Made by a program: the position numbers and the translations under genes. Shown here piece after piece: positions 1 through 12,726 of a stretch of 64,000 nt of DNA. The stretch is from Phoronis australis (Eukaryota > Animalia > Phoronida), in assembly GCA_002633005.1 (NCBI GenBank), contig NMRA01000581.1, positions 200,787-264,786 of the forward strand, read 5' to 3'. Position 1 is the first letter of the stretch. Each line of letters starts with the position of its first letter. The notes beneath the pieces are model-generated. The model saw only the letters and a list, made by a program, of their open reading frames with translations. It was not told the DNA's origin and searched no databases.

Positions 1-1790
1 ATCCATCATTTCCCGTACTACGTAATAGTTTGCAGTGACTAATAAGCCCCTCGCTGGTTCCCAGCGTGTCGCTAGGTGGTATCCAGTACGCAGGTATCAC
101 TTAATTTTCCTCGGGATTTTTTCACCGGCGTTTCTGATTGGCAGGTCGAATTCTCAACAGGCAGTGTTTTACGCAAACAAACTGGCATGGCTGGTGGAGG
201 AAGCGTAAATGTGGTTTGTTCTACAGAAAAATCGGTGCTAAAAATTCATGTTCAAGAAATGTGAATCCCAGAAAATTGTGGTTGCGCCTTTTCGGAGTAT
301 GTCTTTCTACTCTCACTGACTTTTGTTTATGATGCTGTCCTATATTCTCACTTTGTTATAAAGCCAACCAATGACTGTCGAGGTTACATGAACCAATGAT
401 AAAGCGCGTGCTACTGCTACCCGTGTGGTGGTTAGCAGCAAGCAGGAAACCAGCGAGTAACAAGCCCAGGTGCTTCAAGTAACATCGGTCACCGTAATAA
501 GTTTATTTTTTTCTCTGTATGTAGTAACGTACACCGTGACTTTGTATCGACGCTTTTTCATTGTCCATACTATTGATGCTTCTCGCAACTAGATTTATAA
601 GGAGACTAAACTCAGTTTTGGCCTATACAGAATCTTACTGAGCAGTCTGCGGATTTCGTCAATAACATAAAAACTAAATTTAGTAAAAAGGAAAGGTAGA
701 TTGATAGAAAAACAACGGTACCAATAACTCTAATCAAACTTTGTTTCGTATAAGTCTTCAGATGAGATTTCTAAACTATCGTCTCTATTTCGTTTTTATG
801 CAGCTTTAGAATTTTTTCTTGAAAATCATCCGGGTCTCTTTAAAATGGACTCCTGGCAGCGTTTTGGAGGACAGTGTATGAAAAATAGTACCTGAAAATG
901 TCATTTGAAACAGATATCAGCAAAAAACTCCCTATCCAGATAACTTAAATAGGAATTGATAACTCTCTTGAACCTCAAAGCTAAAAGCGTGTTTCCAGTT
1001 GAACTCCCTAGTGGTACATAAATGGTGATATGCAACCGCCAGGTCTCAGAGTGGTTGAAACACCCAAATATGATTCATTGTACTTTTAAGCTTGCGTACA
1101 TCATTAAGTCATGCCATTGTCGTGGAAATCGCCTACACTTCGTGAAGCCGCTCAAAAAATATTTCAGCAAATTTTTACAAGCTAAGAGTAGCTGAAACGA
1201 AGCCCAGTTTGTTTAAAATCGGTAATAAACTTGCCTAATGTCACAACACTAACTTTTCAATTAGAGAAGTTATTGTCAAGAAATTGGTGTGAAATTGCTT
1301 GCTAGTGGAATCTATTATTGCTTGAGACAAGGCGTGCGTTCTGTAACACTAATATCTCACGCAATCTCGCGAGGTCTTGCTTTTTAGAGAGTACCTCACG
1401 TTACTGGACTGTAGGCAGGCTCTACAAGATGATTTTCACGGTGTGTTATTGGATTTCCCGAGCATCGGTTTGCTTCAATGGCCACCTACCAGTCTAACGC
1501 GAAAATTAATTTCTTAGACAAAAATGTGAATCCACGGCCTCTTTAAAAGGTCACTTGGCATTCCCGATATTACAAGANNGCTTTTTTCGATTGAAAATAC
1601 CCTCATATGGTAGCATGTGGGGACAATTCCAAAAGTAAGACAATATTCGCAATTGTGGGCTCATGAAGCAGTTAGGCTGCACTTGACTGACTTCGCCGGT
1701 TCTGTCAGGTCGACATGTATTTGTTCTGTTAGCCAGAAGTTGTCCAAAAGATGTTTAAGGTTATCTCAAACCTTATTTCGTGACCTCCAT
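1..1790. repeat. Diverged paralogous copy of the upstream region of transporter copy A (~30724-32230)
   Basis: Collinear blocks such as AACAACGGTACCAATAACT, AAGTCATGCCATTGTCGT..AAATCGCCTACA and AAGTAAGACAATA occur in both places in the same orientation. Confidence 0.85.
50..457. mobile_element. Unclassified MITE with ~25-bp TIRs and a 10-bp target-site duplication
   Basis: Left end CTCGCTGGTTCCCAGCGTGTCGCTA; reverse complement of right end CTCGCTGGTTTCCTGCTTGCTGCTA. Flanked by TAATAAGCCC (40-49) and TAACAAGCCC (458-467). The paralogous region at ~30773 has a single TAACAAGCCG (empty site). Confidence 0.75.
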
Positions 1791-2872
1791 TCTAACTGGT
1801 ATATCAAAAACTAAGCTTTGTCGACTAGTAAAAGTATAATATTTTCTGAAAGAAAAAAGATCAGGGAATATATTTTTGTATTTATGTACCATCATTATAA
1901 TTACGTAAATTCCATTTTAAATCAAAATTTCAGTTTTAAGAAAGGTACATTCAAATATAATAAATAACCCCTTAGTCAATTTTAATTAAACTGTTTTTAA
2001 TGAAAGCTTGACCAAGTACCTCAAAAACGCTGTTAGGAATTTTCGATTAGTCTATTTGTTTGGTTTCTATGACAAACCAACTCGCTAAACGTAAGGTATT
2101 TTTTGTAGAAAATAGAAGTCGTATTCGTCTTCGTTGTATTCGTCTTCGTTACATTACGCAAAAACTAGGCATTTATATCAAAAATCCTAAGAGCGTTTTT
2201 GAGAATGACGACTATTAAATTTGGAACTTTTCAGCGAAATCCATCAAACCGTTTTCGAGAACGTACGTGTAGGAGTCCTAAGTTCAAATAAAGTCGATTT
2301 GCCGAAGCCGAGAAAAAAGCCAATTAAACTGGGACGAGTGAAAATCTCAAAGTCTTCGGTTAATTACAGTCGGTGAAAACTTGTTTTCGGTAAACATACC
2401 CTATACATGCTATTTCAACATTCACTAACTATGCCAACTGAATTTGCAGTGCGTTATTAACTTAATTATCAATACGTACCGTTCCCAGCCACCATTTGGG
2501 GTAAACGTTACTTGTACTGTACATGTAGGTCACAGTTCTTTGTCATACATATATCCTGTACACGCCACGTGCAAAGAGACTGATACCAAACCAAGTAAGA
2601 AGTGGATAACAAAAATCAAATCGGTGGTTAAAGTATGTCGTTAGCATGAGATCGGAATTTGGGAGAGGATTTATCTCTTTTCACAATTGTCAATGTTCGT
2701 TTAACCACAGATGCGTGAGGCGACTGGTAGCATTCGTTCTCAACGCCAACGGTCGGTTTGCACTGTAGGTGCACAATTCCATCAGGATCAAAAGTACGTT
2801 TTGTGTTTGTTTTCCCCGAAACCATTCTATCATAAGTACACCTCGTTGACTCAATATTATGGCGACTAGGTA

Positions 2873-3234
2873 CCCAGTAAACATGCAGGCACTGGGCCAA
2901 TACTGGCCTTGAACTGTCGTCTGTATTGGCCCAATGATGTAGGCCAGTACTGGCACAGTAACTTTTTTGCGCACCCTCTTGTATTGAGCCGGTATAAGAC
3001 TGCGATATCGGGCCAGTAAAGGGCCAGTACCAGGCCATTACTGGGCCAACACACCAAAAACCGCTTTCGGTCCTATAAAGGGCCAGTACTGACAGACTGT
3101 GTTGGCCCTGTACAGTGATGGGCTCATATTAAGCCTGTATATTAATTATATTGGCGAAAGTGCAGTGGTTGGCAAGTATTGAACCATTAATGTTGCCTTT
3201 ACAGGCCCAATGCAGGAATATTACTGTTTGTGGG
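2873..3234. mobile_element. Non-autonomous DNA transposon (CCCAG-type termini, TA flanks, internal GGGCCAGTACTGGC-like repeats)
   Basis: TA|CCCAGTAAACA ... TGTTTGTGGG|TA, with many direct and inverted copies of GGGCCAGTA/TACTGGCC inside. Resembles animal EnSpm-like MITEs (inference). Confidence 0.6.
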
Positions 3235-4251
3235 TATACAAACTTCGTTAAAGGCACGACTAGACTTTTTGTTAGCAACGGTTGATACTGGTACCTTCGT
3301 AATTTCGGAACAGTCTCCTTTCTTCTGGTGTGCAGGTACATGTATGAAGTAACAGACCGAGAGACATAATAAACAAACAAAAACAGTAGCTTTATTTCGT
3401 GTATTCATGCATCAGGCAATGAGTAAAATGGACATATACACTGTTTATTTCGCTCAACTCATTACTTTTTACAAAACTGTCTCGGGCTCGTTATTGAAGT
3501 GGGCAACAACTCTGGCAGCTTCACACAGTCTTCGTCCTTCCTCCCTGTCGACAGCGTTTCGGAACCTGATGCCTGTCTCTTTTACTGTAAAGCTTGCATT
3601 AACATTACTGTGATCCTTGATCACAATCCCTGAACAACGCCTGCTTAGTATATTGGAGTACAAACTAATAGACTCCACTATTCTTTTTCCAATTAAGTTT
3701 TGCAATATAAGAATTATCTAAAGAAACTGTATACCAATCCAACACGAAACTCATTTGAAATGCATAATCAGTAACATACATGTATATGTTTCATCCTTTG
3801 TCAACACAAGTATTACAGCCGGTTGTCGTATTTCAGTTTCTTGTAATAAATATTTTCAGAAGCGACTTTTTATTCATTCTATTTCTTCTCAAAATGTCTA
3901 TTTCGTTACCATTTTAAGATCCTTAAAAATACTTCACAATCTATAACAAAAAAGTCTCATGAGCATCCATTGACGGTTTTGCTGTGTGTTTACAAACAAT
4001 TGACACTGATGTGACCTTTTCAGCTTCGTCCCCAAGCCTCAAGATGGCACTGATCGGTTAGCCACTTGAAGCTTGGTTATGGGAATTACCATCTGCGAAA
4101 TGATTGACCGATGCCCTGACGTCATTCAAACAAAGGTAGATTGTAATTATTTTCACATTGGAGCCATTCATGCGACACAAGGCATTGTTATAGTTATTGT
4201 CTGACCTAAAGGTTGTAATTATTTTCAAGTCTTATGTATGAGAAGTATTAA

Positions 4252-7200
4252 GAGACAGTCCATATAAAAACCAGTAGATTTTCAAAAATCAGTCTATACG
4301 TCAAAATTTAAAACAACTTCATTTTTTCTACATGGGTAGGTATCCTAACAAAAACCCAAATGCCAAATTTTGTGCACTCAATGACCCCTAAATTCGCCGC
4401 TGGAGCATGATAACATAAATTGGCACAATTGGGCATATTAGCCGTCTCAAAAATCGCATGTTTTCAACAACAAAAATGAGTAACATACAAAATAGATCGA
4501 AAGCTATATTTTAGTGGCTGAAATAACCAACGTATACTGTACATAATTCTGTGCCATTTATTGAAATCTGACAGTTTTGTGCTAGACAGGGGAGATAATC
4601 CACAGACCACTTTTTGGGGCTAATTTTAGTGGCCACTTTTGTGACGTTCTTACTGCCATAAAACACCTTGTAGCCTTATGTGACGTTTTGAACGTACAGT
4701 TAAAGTATTAGTCTTGATGACTGAGCAATAAAAAATCTTGCCTCAACTTTGCACCTTGGTGAAAATTGTCTTGCATAACCGTCTATTTTCATAGTTTGGA
4801 AATGACGAGCAGACTTTACAGACCATTTGAACAAACTTTTAGGCAAGAAGTCTGCTTTAAATAGTTATAGAAACCAAGTCTAAACTCTTTCAAATGAAAA
4901 CAAGATGTTTTCCGGGTCTATTACGCGGCTAGTATCAAACCCGAACCCGATGACCTTTGCCCACTGAGGGAGTCAGTTGAGGTTAAGCTTGAGGATATAT
5001 AAAAAATGTACGTGTAACCCTATTGTATTCTTTCATTTCTTTTACATTATCAGGTTAATTTAAGCACTCTGTAGAAATTTTAAATGGAAATAAATGCCTT
5101 TAAGATTAAACGAGAATGAATTGATAGTTGTAATGATTGGTTTTGAGAGAAGCAAGTGCATTTTAAAAAGACAAAATGGCGGACGATGTCGATGGGCCTT
5201 CATGTTCCTTTAGAGTTTATTCTGCAAAAAATCCGATCACAAAAGCTTTGTGCTTTAGTGAGTTATGTCAAAGACACCACTGAACATTTGAGATACAGGA
5301 AACTACCTCACAAAGCAAGGCCTGTGCCAGAGTACGCACTCGTACTACCCAGAGTCGGTGAATTTCTGAGTGAACAGGACCAGTTATGGAAGAGTCAGGT
5401 AATGCTGGATGTTACCACTCTGCTCCTCTCCTCCTGAACGTAGCAGCCTTGTCAAATTCTACCGGCATTTCTGTTTCGAGATATGACTTTAGTGAAAGTC
5501 AGAATGGAAAGGATCTCTGTGATCGCAAGATCGCTCCACTCAAACAACATGCAAAGTACTTTGTAGCCGAAGGTAAAAATATCATAAAGTTTCTGGATTT
5601 TAAAGAAGCATTACTTTCCAGTGGCCATGTGAAGGGATGTTATGTGTATGCATGTTCAGTCAATGCAACAAAGTCTTTTCCAAAATACCCAGTTCCTGAT
5701 ATAAGCACATTCCCAAATTCCCACTATTCCACCCAAGGAATTCGCGTGTGGAAATCATTGCATGTAGGTGACGGTAAGTTCGTACAAATACTGAGAAAAT
5801 GCGAAACCTATTTCTCTAAAATACACTAACATCTCTAGACATGGCGGAGTTTCAACACCAAGAGTTAAGGTTGGCATTGTATCTAGTGAAGAGCCTCAAC
5901 AAAGTTCCCTTGTACCCAGCAAGGTTACTCGAAATTTTTTGCTACAGACGCAGAACTAGGTCAGCATTTGGATGTGGGTAACTACACTGAACATTTACAG
6001 AGGGAAACCCCGTATGACCACATAGCACGACAGTGGTCAGAAATGCTTTCAGATGCAAGAACCGGAGCGTCATTTGAGGCAGCCTCAGAGTACTATTTGG
6101 ATGAGACGAATGCTGAAGCAATAGGTTAGGCATTGAAACAAAGTAAAGTGTCAACAAGATTTTCATCAAAGGTTAAGAACTTTCTGACGAACATATTCGA
6201 TGAAGGAGATAAGTCAGGTAAAAACGTTCACCCTCGGAAGAGCCAAATTGGAGAAAACATTACGAGAACCCACTGGTAAAGTATTCACCTGTGATATTAA
6301 GTGAATCGCATATTGGTGGATTTTTTCGAGGTTGTCTGCAGCAATGTTTATGACGATGCAATTTCTGCTGAAGATGCTGTTATATCGTTAGATTTACTGA
6401 ATGAAGTGGTAAATGAGCTCAACGTTTAGCCTAGTTTTGTATCATACCAGTCAAAGATGTGTGATATATGAAGTCGAGACCGTTACTTCTGTTTACTTCA
6501 TGTCTGTCATGAATGAGTCATTAATAAAATTGTCTCTCGTGAATTATATTCTATCGACTGTGAATGTCTACCTTTTTATACCACTGATGATCGCACTGAC
6601 AGAAATATTCAGCGTTAGGGTGCCCGGTGTATGGGGGGAACACCAGATTCCTGGCGACTGGTGGCGACTAAAATTTGTAAAAACCAGCAGGGACATTACA
6701 ATATGAACCCAAAGTTACAATGACTATTGACAAGTTGAAGGATTTATTGCACTGAACACTAGGGGGCCATATCCACCTTGGGTGCCTTCCTTTGCCTGTG
6801 GCACCAACAAGGCAGATAGAAAACAAGGCAGGGGTGAGTTCAGTAACACTAGAACCTTTATAACATTTATCCAAAACCACGTGTTCTCATTTAAAATGCA
6901 GGGCAATATCTCGCGAAGTCTTGAATTATAGCAAGGTCCTCGTGTTACTGCTCTTAGCTCTTGTTCTAGATGCGTCTTCAGTCTCTACGTAAACAAAAGC
7001 AGCGCCATCTACTCATTTAGAACCACGCATGCCAGTTGATTTACGTTACATATTTTTTGTAATAAGCAATAATCCTCAATGCCGTTTCCAGAGAATGGTA
7101 ATTAATAATGCTGTCTGCCTTTTCTCCAAAATACAAGGTTTTTATGTCGTATTTCGCAAGCTAATTATATGTTCCAAGAGCCCCCTATTGGCAGCAGAGG

Positions 7201-7750
7201 CAACTGAGAACCTGCAAAAGGACGAAGTGCAGTTCGTGTAAAGCTTCGTACGCATAAACTAGATTAGAGGCAAGATTTTTTATTTTAGATTATGAACAGG
7301 TTAGGAATGACTAAACAAATTATTATAAAGTCAATTTCAGGAAAGGTGCGTTATGGCTTCTACAGAGTGCCAAATTTGGCCGAAAATGGCTTCAGCGAAA
7401 ACCTGAAAAATAGCCGTTTTTGCCTCACAAATTCATAACGTACAAATTTAAAAATGGATTTTGAAAGTTATACCATTAAATTATTCAGCCACTGCGCTTT
7501 CAATTCGTATTATTCATTTGTTTTGACCTTACCACACATGCTAGTAAATTGCATTCAAACATGCCCACTTCGACGCCCAACTTTGTTGCAAAATGGAGGT
7601 ACAGGTCATAAAAAGAAAAATAATGAATGAAAATTCTTAAAAAGTGAGGTTTTTCTACATCTCAACAAACCAAACTCATGTGCTAAGTTTCAAAAAAATC
7701 GATGATTTTGGGTATAGACTCTACCTGTTGGTTTTTATATGGAGTCACTC
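4252..7750 (+). mobile_element. Sola3-type DNA transposon, internally deleted
   Basis: TTAA TSD (4248-4251, 7751-7754) and GAG...CTC termini with TCCATATAAAAACC in both ends. Patchy inverted homology extends ~490 bp (AGTGGCTGAA; AAAAATCTTGCCTC at ~4732 vs ~7268). Internal transposase fragment present. Confidence 0.75.
5386..6340 (+). pseudogene. Sola-type transposase fragment (catalytic core to C-terminus)
   Basis: SGNAGCYH (usually SDNAGCYH) ... RYDFSESQNGKDLCDRKIAPLK. Frameshifted downstream remnants HLDVG and STRFSSKVKNFLTNIFDEGDKSGK. Confidence 0.7.
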
Positions 7751-8229
7751 TTAATCTGTTTTCGAATCAAAAACATCATTTTTGCAATAATTTAGACCTA
7801 CATGTAAAATGCTGTAATATACCGTTAGTTTTCATTTTTATATAAACCTGCAGAAAATTTCCGAAATTACTCGTGATATTCCGGCAATTTCCGTAAAAAT
7901 TCTGGCACATTTCATTTCCCGTAACCAAGCCTGAAGTGACTGATCAGCGCCATCTTGAGGCTTGGAAACGAGGCTGAGTGCCGCTTACATTGTACGATGC
8001 CGCGCGTGCACAAGGTCAGCAAAGTTGTCGAAGAAGTAAACACAGCAACAAAACGGAGATTGTTTACGTTTCACAGGATCACCAATGACCCGCATTGTTT
8101 TGGATTTTGATATTTGCGACACTAACAAGAGATAGCACGGAGGTTGTTTGAAATCCCGAAAATAAGGAAAAAACATCTTTTTGAGCTCGTGTATACCACT
8201 AAGCTATACCAAGAACTACATATCCCTTG

Positions 8230-9075
8230 TTGATGCTTGGTAACAGGCATTACATACTGAATGTTCCAAACGGGTCCCAGAATTCGCCTGGAGCATGCGT
8301 TGTCTCTAGCAATAACGAAATGTCAGTTCTTTGCAAGACCGAAAAATGATTTTCATCTGGTTACGGAATAAGTTGAGACTTATTCTACAGCGTTATCCGA
8401 AGTAGTCTTTAGCAAAAAATAAGTTTCTTCGAGCGAAAGCAGGTTCGTAGCCGGTTTAAAACGATCACTTGACATTGCTGTACATACGCCTACCTGCACG
8501 TGGTAACATTCGTGGATATTGGGGGAATTCTGGGTAAATATCATTAATGTAATATACTCTAGTGTTGGCTCACGAAGGAATTGATCAACTCCGTCGGTTC
8601 TGACCGGTCAACCGGTTTCGACATGTGACTGCTCTGCAAGCAGAAAATTGACGCCTTAGGTGGTTGATCGAGCGGAACCGACGAAGTCTATTAAGTGCAG
8701 CCCGGCATGTGTTACAGAATCGAGTCAAGGTTTTCCTACCTAAACAGGTACTGTCCTGCTATCTAACTTTGTGCAGGGAACCAGTCTGTAAAATGTTCAG
8801 TGCAAATCGTAATGGAGGCTGTGTCACGAGTTGTTCTCTCGTTTTGCGCTTGAAAAACCAGTTACGTACATGTACATGTACGTATTTTCATCTTTTCTCG
8901 GGTTGTACTATACCTGAAAATATGAGGAACGTAGCAAAGTATTGGATCAAAGATTACAAGTTTCAAACAAAGCAAAATAAAACTGATTCCAAAATGTTTC
9001 CATGTTTTACGATTGCCACAAATGATTGCAGCTGGCCACTCCATGAAAACGAACAAATTTACACAACTATAAGCT
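8230..9075. repeat. Diverged dispersed repeat homologous to ~31830-32440 and ~1440-1760
   Basis: Shared collinear blocks: TCTTTGCAAGACC, ATTCTACAGCGT, AAAACG.TCACTTGACATT, GCAGCTGG..ACT.CATGAAAA.GAACAAA. Confidence 0.65.
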
Positions 9076-9952
9076 AAATTTGTATTTGAAGGGTAAACCT
9101 CTCAGTCATTTTTACATGAGGTATGTGACTACTACAACCTGGAAAAAATATTTACAATGATAAATTGGATTTTGAGAAATTCCAGGCAAAGTGGTCTTCT
9201 TTTTTGCCTAACTAGCTTTTATAGGGTCCGATAATGTTCGTAATTTGTTTGATGTACACTTAACTAGATTTCATATTGCTGCACAACTATGTACTGGTTG
9301 GTTGAGTTAATAAATGTTTCATCATGAAAAAAAACTCTCAAGATGTACAAGAGATATATATTCGGGTCATATAGTAGTCCCTTCACAGATGACTTTGACA
9401 TCTTACGGCAACAGAGAAAACTACCCGTTTTGCTCAAGCCATATGTCTGCAAAAGTTCAGCTGTTTACCTCTTTCTCTTCACTGTAATGTATACTGCTCA
9501 AGGCAACGGCTGTGAAAATTTCTATGTTTAATATCTATTGAATACCCCATGTATGTATAAGGTATACCTGTATTTTTTTAAGTTTGAAAGCACCACTACA
9601 GTGTGAAATGTTTTGCCGGATTTTCGATGTAATTGGACTTGTTTGTTGACTGTTATATCGTCTGCATTTAACTTCGGTTTCGCCATAAGCGAATCTGGTC
9701 TTAAGTTTTCTAAGGAAATTCGTTTAGTTTGGGATACTAGTTAATTTTAATACCGTAGAAATCTAGGAATGGAATGTCAACTTTGACCTCGCGCGACTGA
9801 TGTTACGCTGCGCATGCGTGGCAGCATTCTTTTGAGTGCTACCACTGCCTCGCCCATAAGCGTAACCTAAAGCCATCTGGACGTATTTCAATAATTTCGA
9901 AAGCTTGCAAATTTCCTTAAGATATATCCATATGATCAAAATCTTGAGCTGC

Positions 9953-10057
9953 AGTACGATTCAAAGATCCTGTGCCATGGACATTTAAAGAAGAATACCA
10001 CCCGTAGTACGATTCAAAGATCCTGTGCCATGGACATTTAAAGGAGACTACCACCCG
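9953..10057. repeat. 53-bp tandem duplication containing a possible Kolobok-like terminus (TTAA|AGG)
   Basis: AGTACGATTCAAAGATCCTGTGCCATGGACATTTAAAG... starts at 9953 and again at 10006. The second copy continues TTAA AGGAGACTACCACCCG. Confidence 0.7.
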
Positions 10058-11649
10058 ATTTCATTAGTCTTTTTACGTCCTAATCGGTCTATATCCACAT
10101 CGCCCTTATACGGTCGACCTCACCTTGCCGAGAGGTGTCGTGTTAACCTGTGAGGAAGATGAGAAAGGACGCAGCGACGTCAGTGGTTCATCTACATAGA
10201 GAATGCCGCATCGTTCCCGCTTGTCCGAACTATGAAGCTGCGAAGAAAGCGGGTATAGACCTAACTCGGCGCGGAGGACATTAAAATCCAAAGCGAGGCT
10301 CACTGCGATAAATAAAGCGGAAGTTCACATTACGTGAGTTAAATGGCCTGCCTTTCGAGTCCAACCTGGATATTAAATCGTAAAAATGTGTCAATAATTA
10401 ACTACAGAGAAGTAGAAAAATACATTAGAGAGCAAGTCAATGTACCAAAGAGTTGTCTGACGAAAGGGTATATTTTTTTCGGAAAACTAGTTTCGAATCA
10501 TGAAAAGTGAATAATGACCAAATTGCGGCGATCGTAGTGTTACGGATTAGGTATTATGGTGAATGCAGGGTTACGTTTCTTCCTGTAAATTGTTGATAAT
10601 GCTTTCTACACGAACCAGGTCATCTGCTCGTATTGTTGACGAGTTGAAGATAGATTCAGCAGTGGTGGCTCATCATATTTTGCTGCGATGTGCAATAAGT
10701 CACATCTGGTTTAATGTTTTGATCAAGCATAGCCTAGGTCCAGGTGAGGTAGGGACTACCGGGACTAATAGTTGATTTGTCATTGATCTGAAAGAATAAT
10801 TGATTTTATCAAATATATTTTTTATTAAAATAAATAACTAGTCTTGTAATTGAATATAAAAATTACTCGAAAATCAATTCTGTTTTCTTGGTTTTAACAA
10901 TTCTTACGTCTATTTGATGTTTCAAATATCAATCTGGACCAAGTTGAATTTTAAAATTAAAAAACCTAATTCGTTCGTCGAAAGTATAATCTTGATTAAG
11001 AGCTCAATTTCAGTTAACTCGACAGAGCAAGCATAGTTATCATGTTTCTTCAGGGGCCTCGTTGTCCGAGGGGAAAGGTGCCTATGCCTTCAGTGAGAGG
11101 CGAATTTTTTCGCCGAGTGATGGGAAAATCTATCCCCCGGTCACCATCAATGACACCCCGCAAGTTCTCAAGTAGCATTTTCTGCTCGTTCAAATTGTCA
11201 CCTGTGTGGTTAGGTAATTTGAACTTCGAAGAGAAATTTTCAATCACCAGGAGAATTTTTAGACCACCGGTGGGGGGGGGGGTATTTCGCGTGAATTTTT
11301 AATATTTTTGAGAGAGGAATAGGGAGGATGTTCAGCCCCAAAATCGAGAGATTGAGGGCCCTGTCCTTTATTGAAAGAAAAATGCATAATGTTTCAACCC
11401 GCAGTCTTTTAAACACAGCCTGGCTGGCCGAAGATTCTCCGGTTGTTGCTATGATGCTCGGCAACCGAGAAGTGCAACAAAATATGATCTAAATTTTCGA
11501 AAACACTTATAAATTTTACACGGACATATTTTCCTTCGTTGCGGCGTCTGGCAACGACCCCACGCTTCCGAATCTCTACGTCCTTAGGGATTGTAAAACA
11601 GACAGTTGAATGGCCGCGTTGTATCCGTTCGAGCTACGCGAAATACCAC

Positions 11650-11730
11650 TACCGTATTCGCCGTAATAACCGCCCATGCCCCTACAAGCGCTGCCCACGC
11701 GTTTTCAGACTTTGCTGAAATAAGCGCCCA
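11650..11730. mobile_element. Tc1/mariner-pogo-like terminus (partner end not found)
   Basis: TACCGTATTCGCCGTAATAACCGCCC...AATAAGCGCCC resembles TA|CCGTA termini with repeated ATAAGCGCC motifs. Confidence 0.4.
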
Positions 11731-12685
11731 GTCCATGAATGTGTACATGCGAACAATGACGTACCTACATTCCTAAAACTCGGCTACAGTAACGTCTTCA
11801 ATTCATGGAAACATTTTTGTACCGGTCTTCTTGACCACCAGCGGCACTGCATCGTTTGTATTTAGCAGTGACTTTACACTTCCGACGCAGCGCGCTTCAA
11901 AGGGAACGCAACAGCGTTGCTACGCTCTCGCGACGAACGTGTCCCACTATGTGGTCTGACCTTTCAGTAGACACATCGACTGTGACAGTCGATGTGTACT
12001 AATGAATAAAAATAACTCGGTGTTAAACGCACGTGGCCAGGAAGCGCGCGCTACACACATGAACCTGTCATCACAGACATTAGTCGGGAACTATCCATTC
12101 ATGAAACGGATAGCATTGCATCGATAACAAATGAATATTGGCACTAATTTCCGACAATTTCTAATACTATAAAACATGTTTGCGTTATTTTTGAGATGGA
12201 TTGTTTGATTAACCATAATTGGTGCTTTTAAGCCGAATATCCGATAAAATGACAACTGACAGTGAATGCTTACACACTATTACACCATAGATTATAGACA
12301 ACAGATTCGCAACTCCGGCATATTCTTACGAGCTGAGCTGAACTCTCCTGACCTATCTGCTGCAGTTTCCGGTCAGTGTAATTTGACGAGAAATACTTGC
12401 ATCTACTTTACAGTCCAAAACAGCGAAAAAACATTAATTCATATTAATTTCGGTATTGAAACGCTTTTCAGTCTTTCAATAGTAGAAGTGTTGGTATTGT
12501 GAGTACTTTTGGCTATGCTACTGGTAATTAATTTCAAAATTCAAACTTCGGTTCCGACCCTTTATGTCGTCTGCTTGCCCAATAGCAGCATAGTTATCGG
12601 ACAGTTTTTGATTTACGGTTCACATAGGCCTACTGTTTATAAATCAACATTCTCAAGTGAGCAGTTCTTCTGGGAAGTGTTGAGT

Positions 12686-12701
12686 GGCCCTTAAAAGGGC
12701 C
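12686..12701 (-). promoter_or_regulatory. Histone-mRNA-type 3' stem-loop (distal copy), followed by an HDE-like tract
   Basis: Minus strand: caaccaac GGCCCT TTTA AGGGCC actca. A 6-bp stem/4-nt loop fitting GGYYYU-UYUN-ARRRCC with A/C-rich flanks. CAGAAGAACTG (12672-12662) starts 13 nt after the stem. Confidence 0.85.
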
Positions 12702-12726
12702 GTTGGTTGTAGGTATAGCGTGAAAT

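Larger units (their letters stand above)
4021..7976. mobile_element. MITE with ~65-bp TIRs, interrupted by the Sola3 element
   Basis: 4021 CAGCTTCGTCCCCAAGCCTCAAGATGGCACTGATC...GCTTGGTTATGGGAA matches the reverse complement of ~7915-7976, CAGCCTCGTTTCCAAGCCTCAAGATGGCGCTGATC...GCTTGGTTACGGGAA. No TSD recognised. Confidence 0.7.

Noticed and set aside
1-9. ATGGAT on the minus strand as the start codon of the next paralogue
   Set aside because: Alignment places base 1 at ~30724, in upstream non-coding sequence, so the real start lies outside the window.
2873-3234. CRISPR-like repeat/spacer pattern
   Set aside because: Repeats are irregular, occur in both orientations, sit inside a TIR element in a eukaryotic context, and no cas genes are present.
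11042-11464. Overlapping short ORFs in a GC-richer patch
   Set aside because: No recognisable motif or coding signature; probably repeat-derived.
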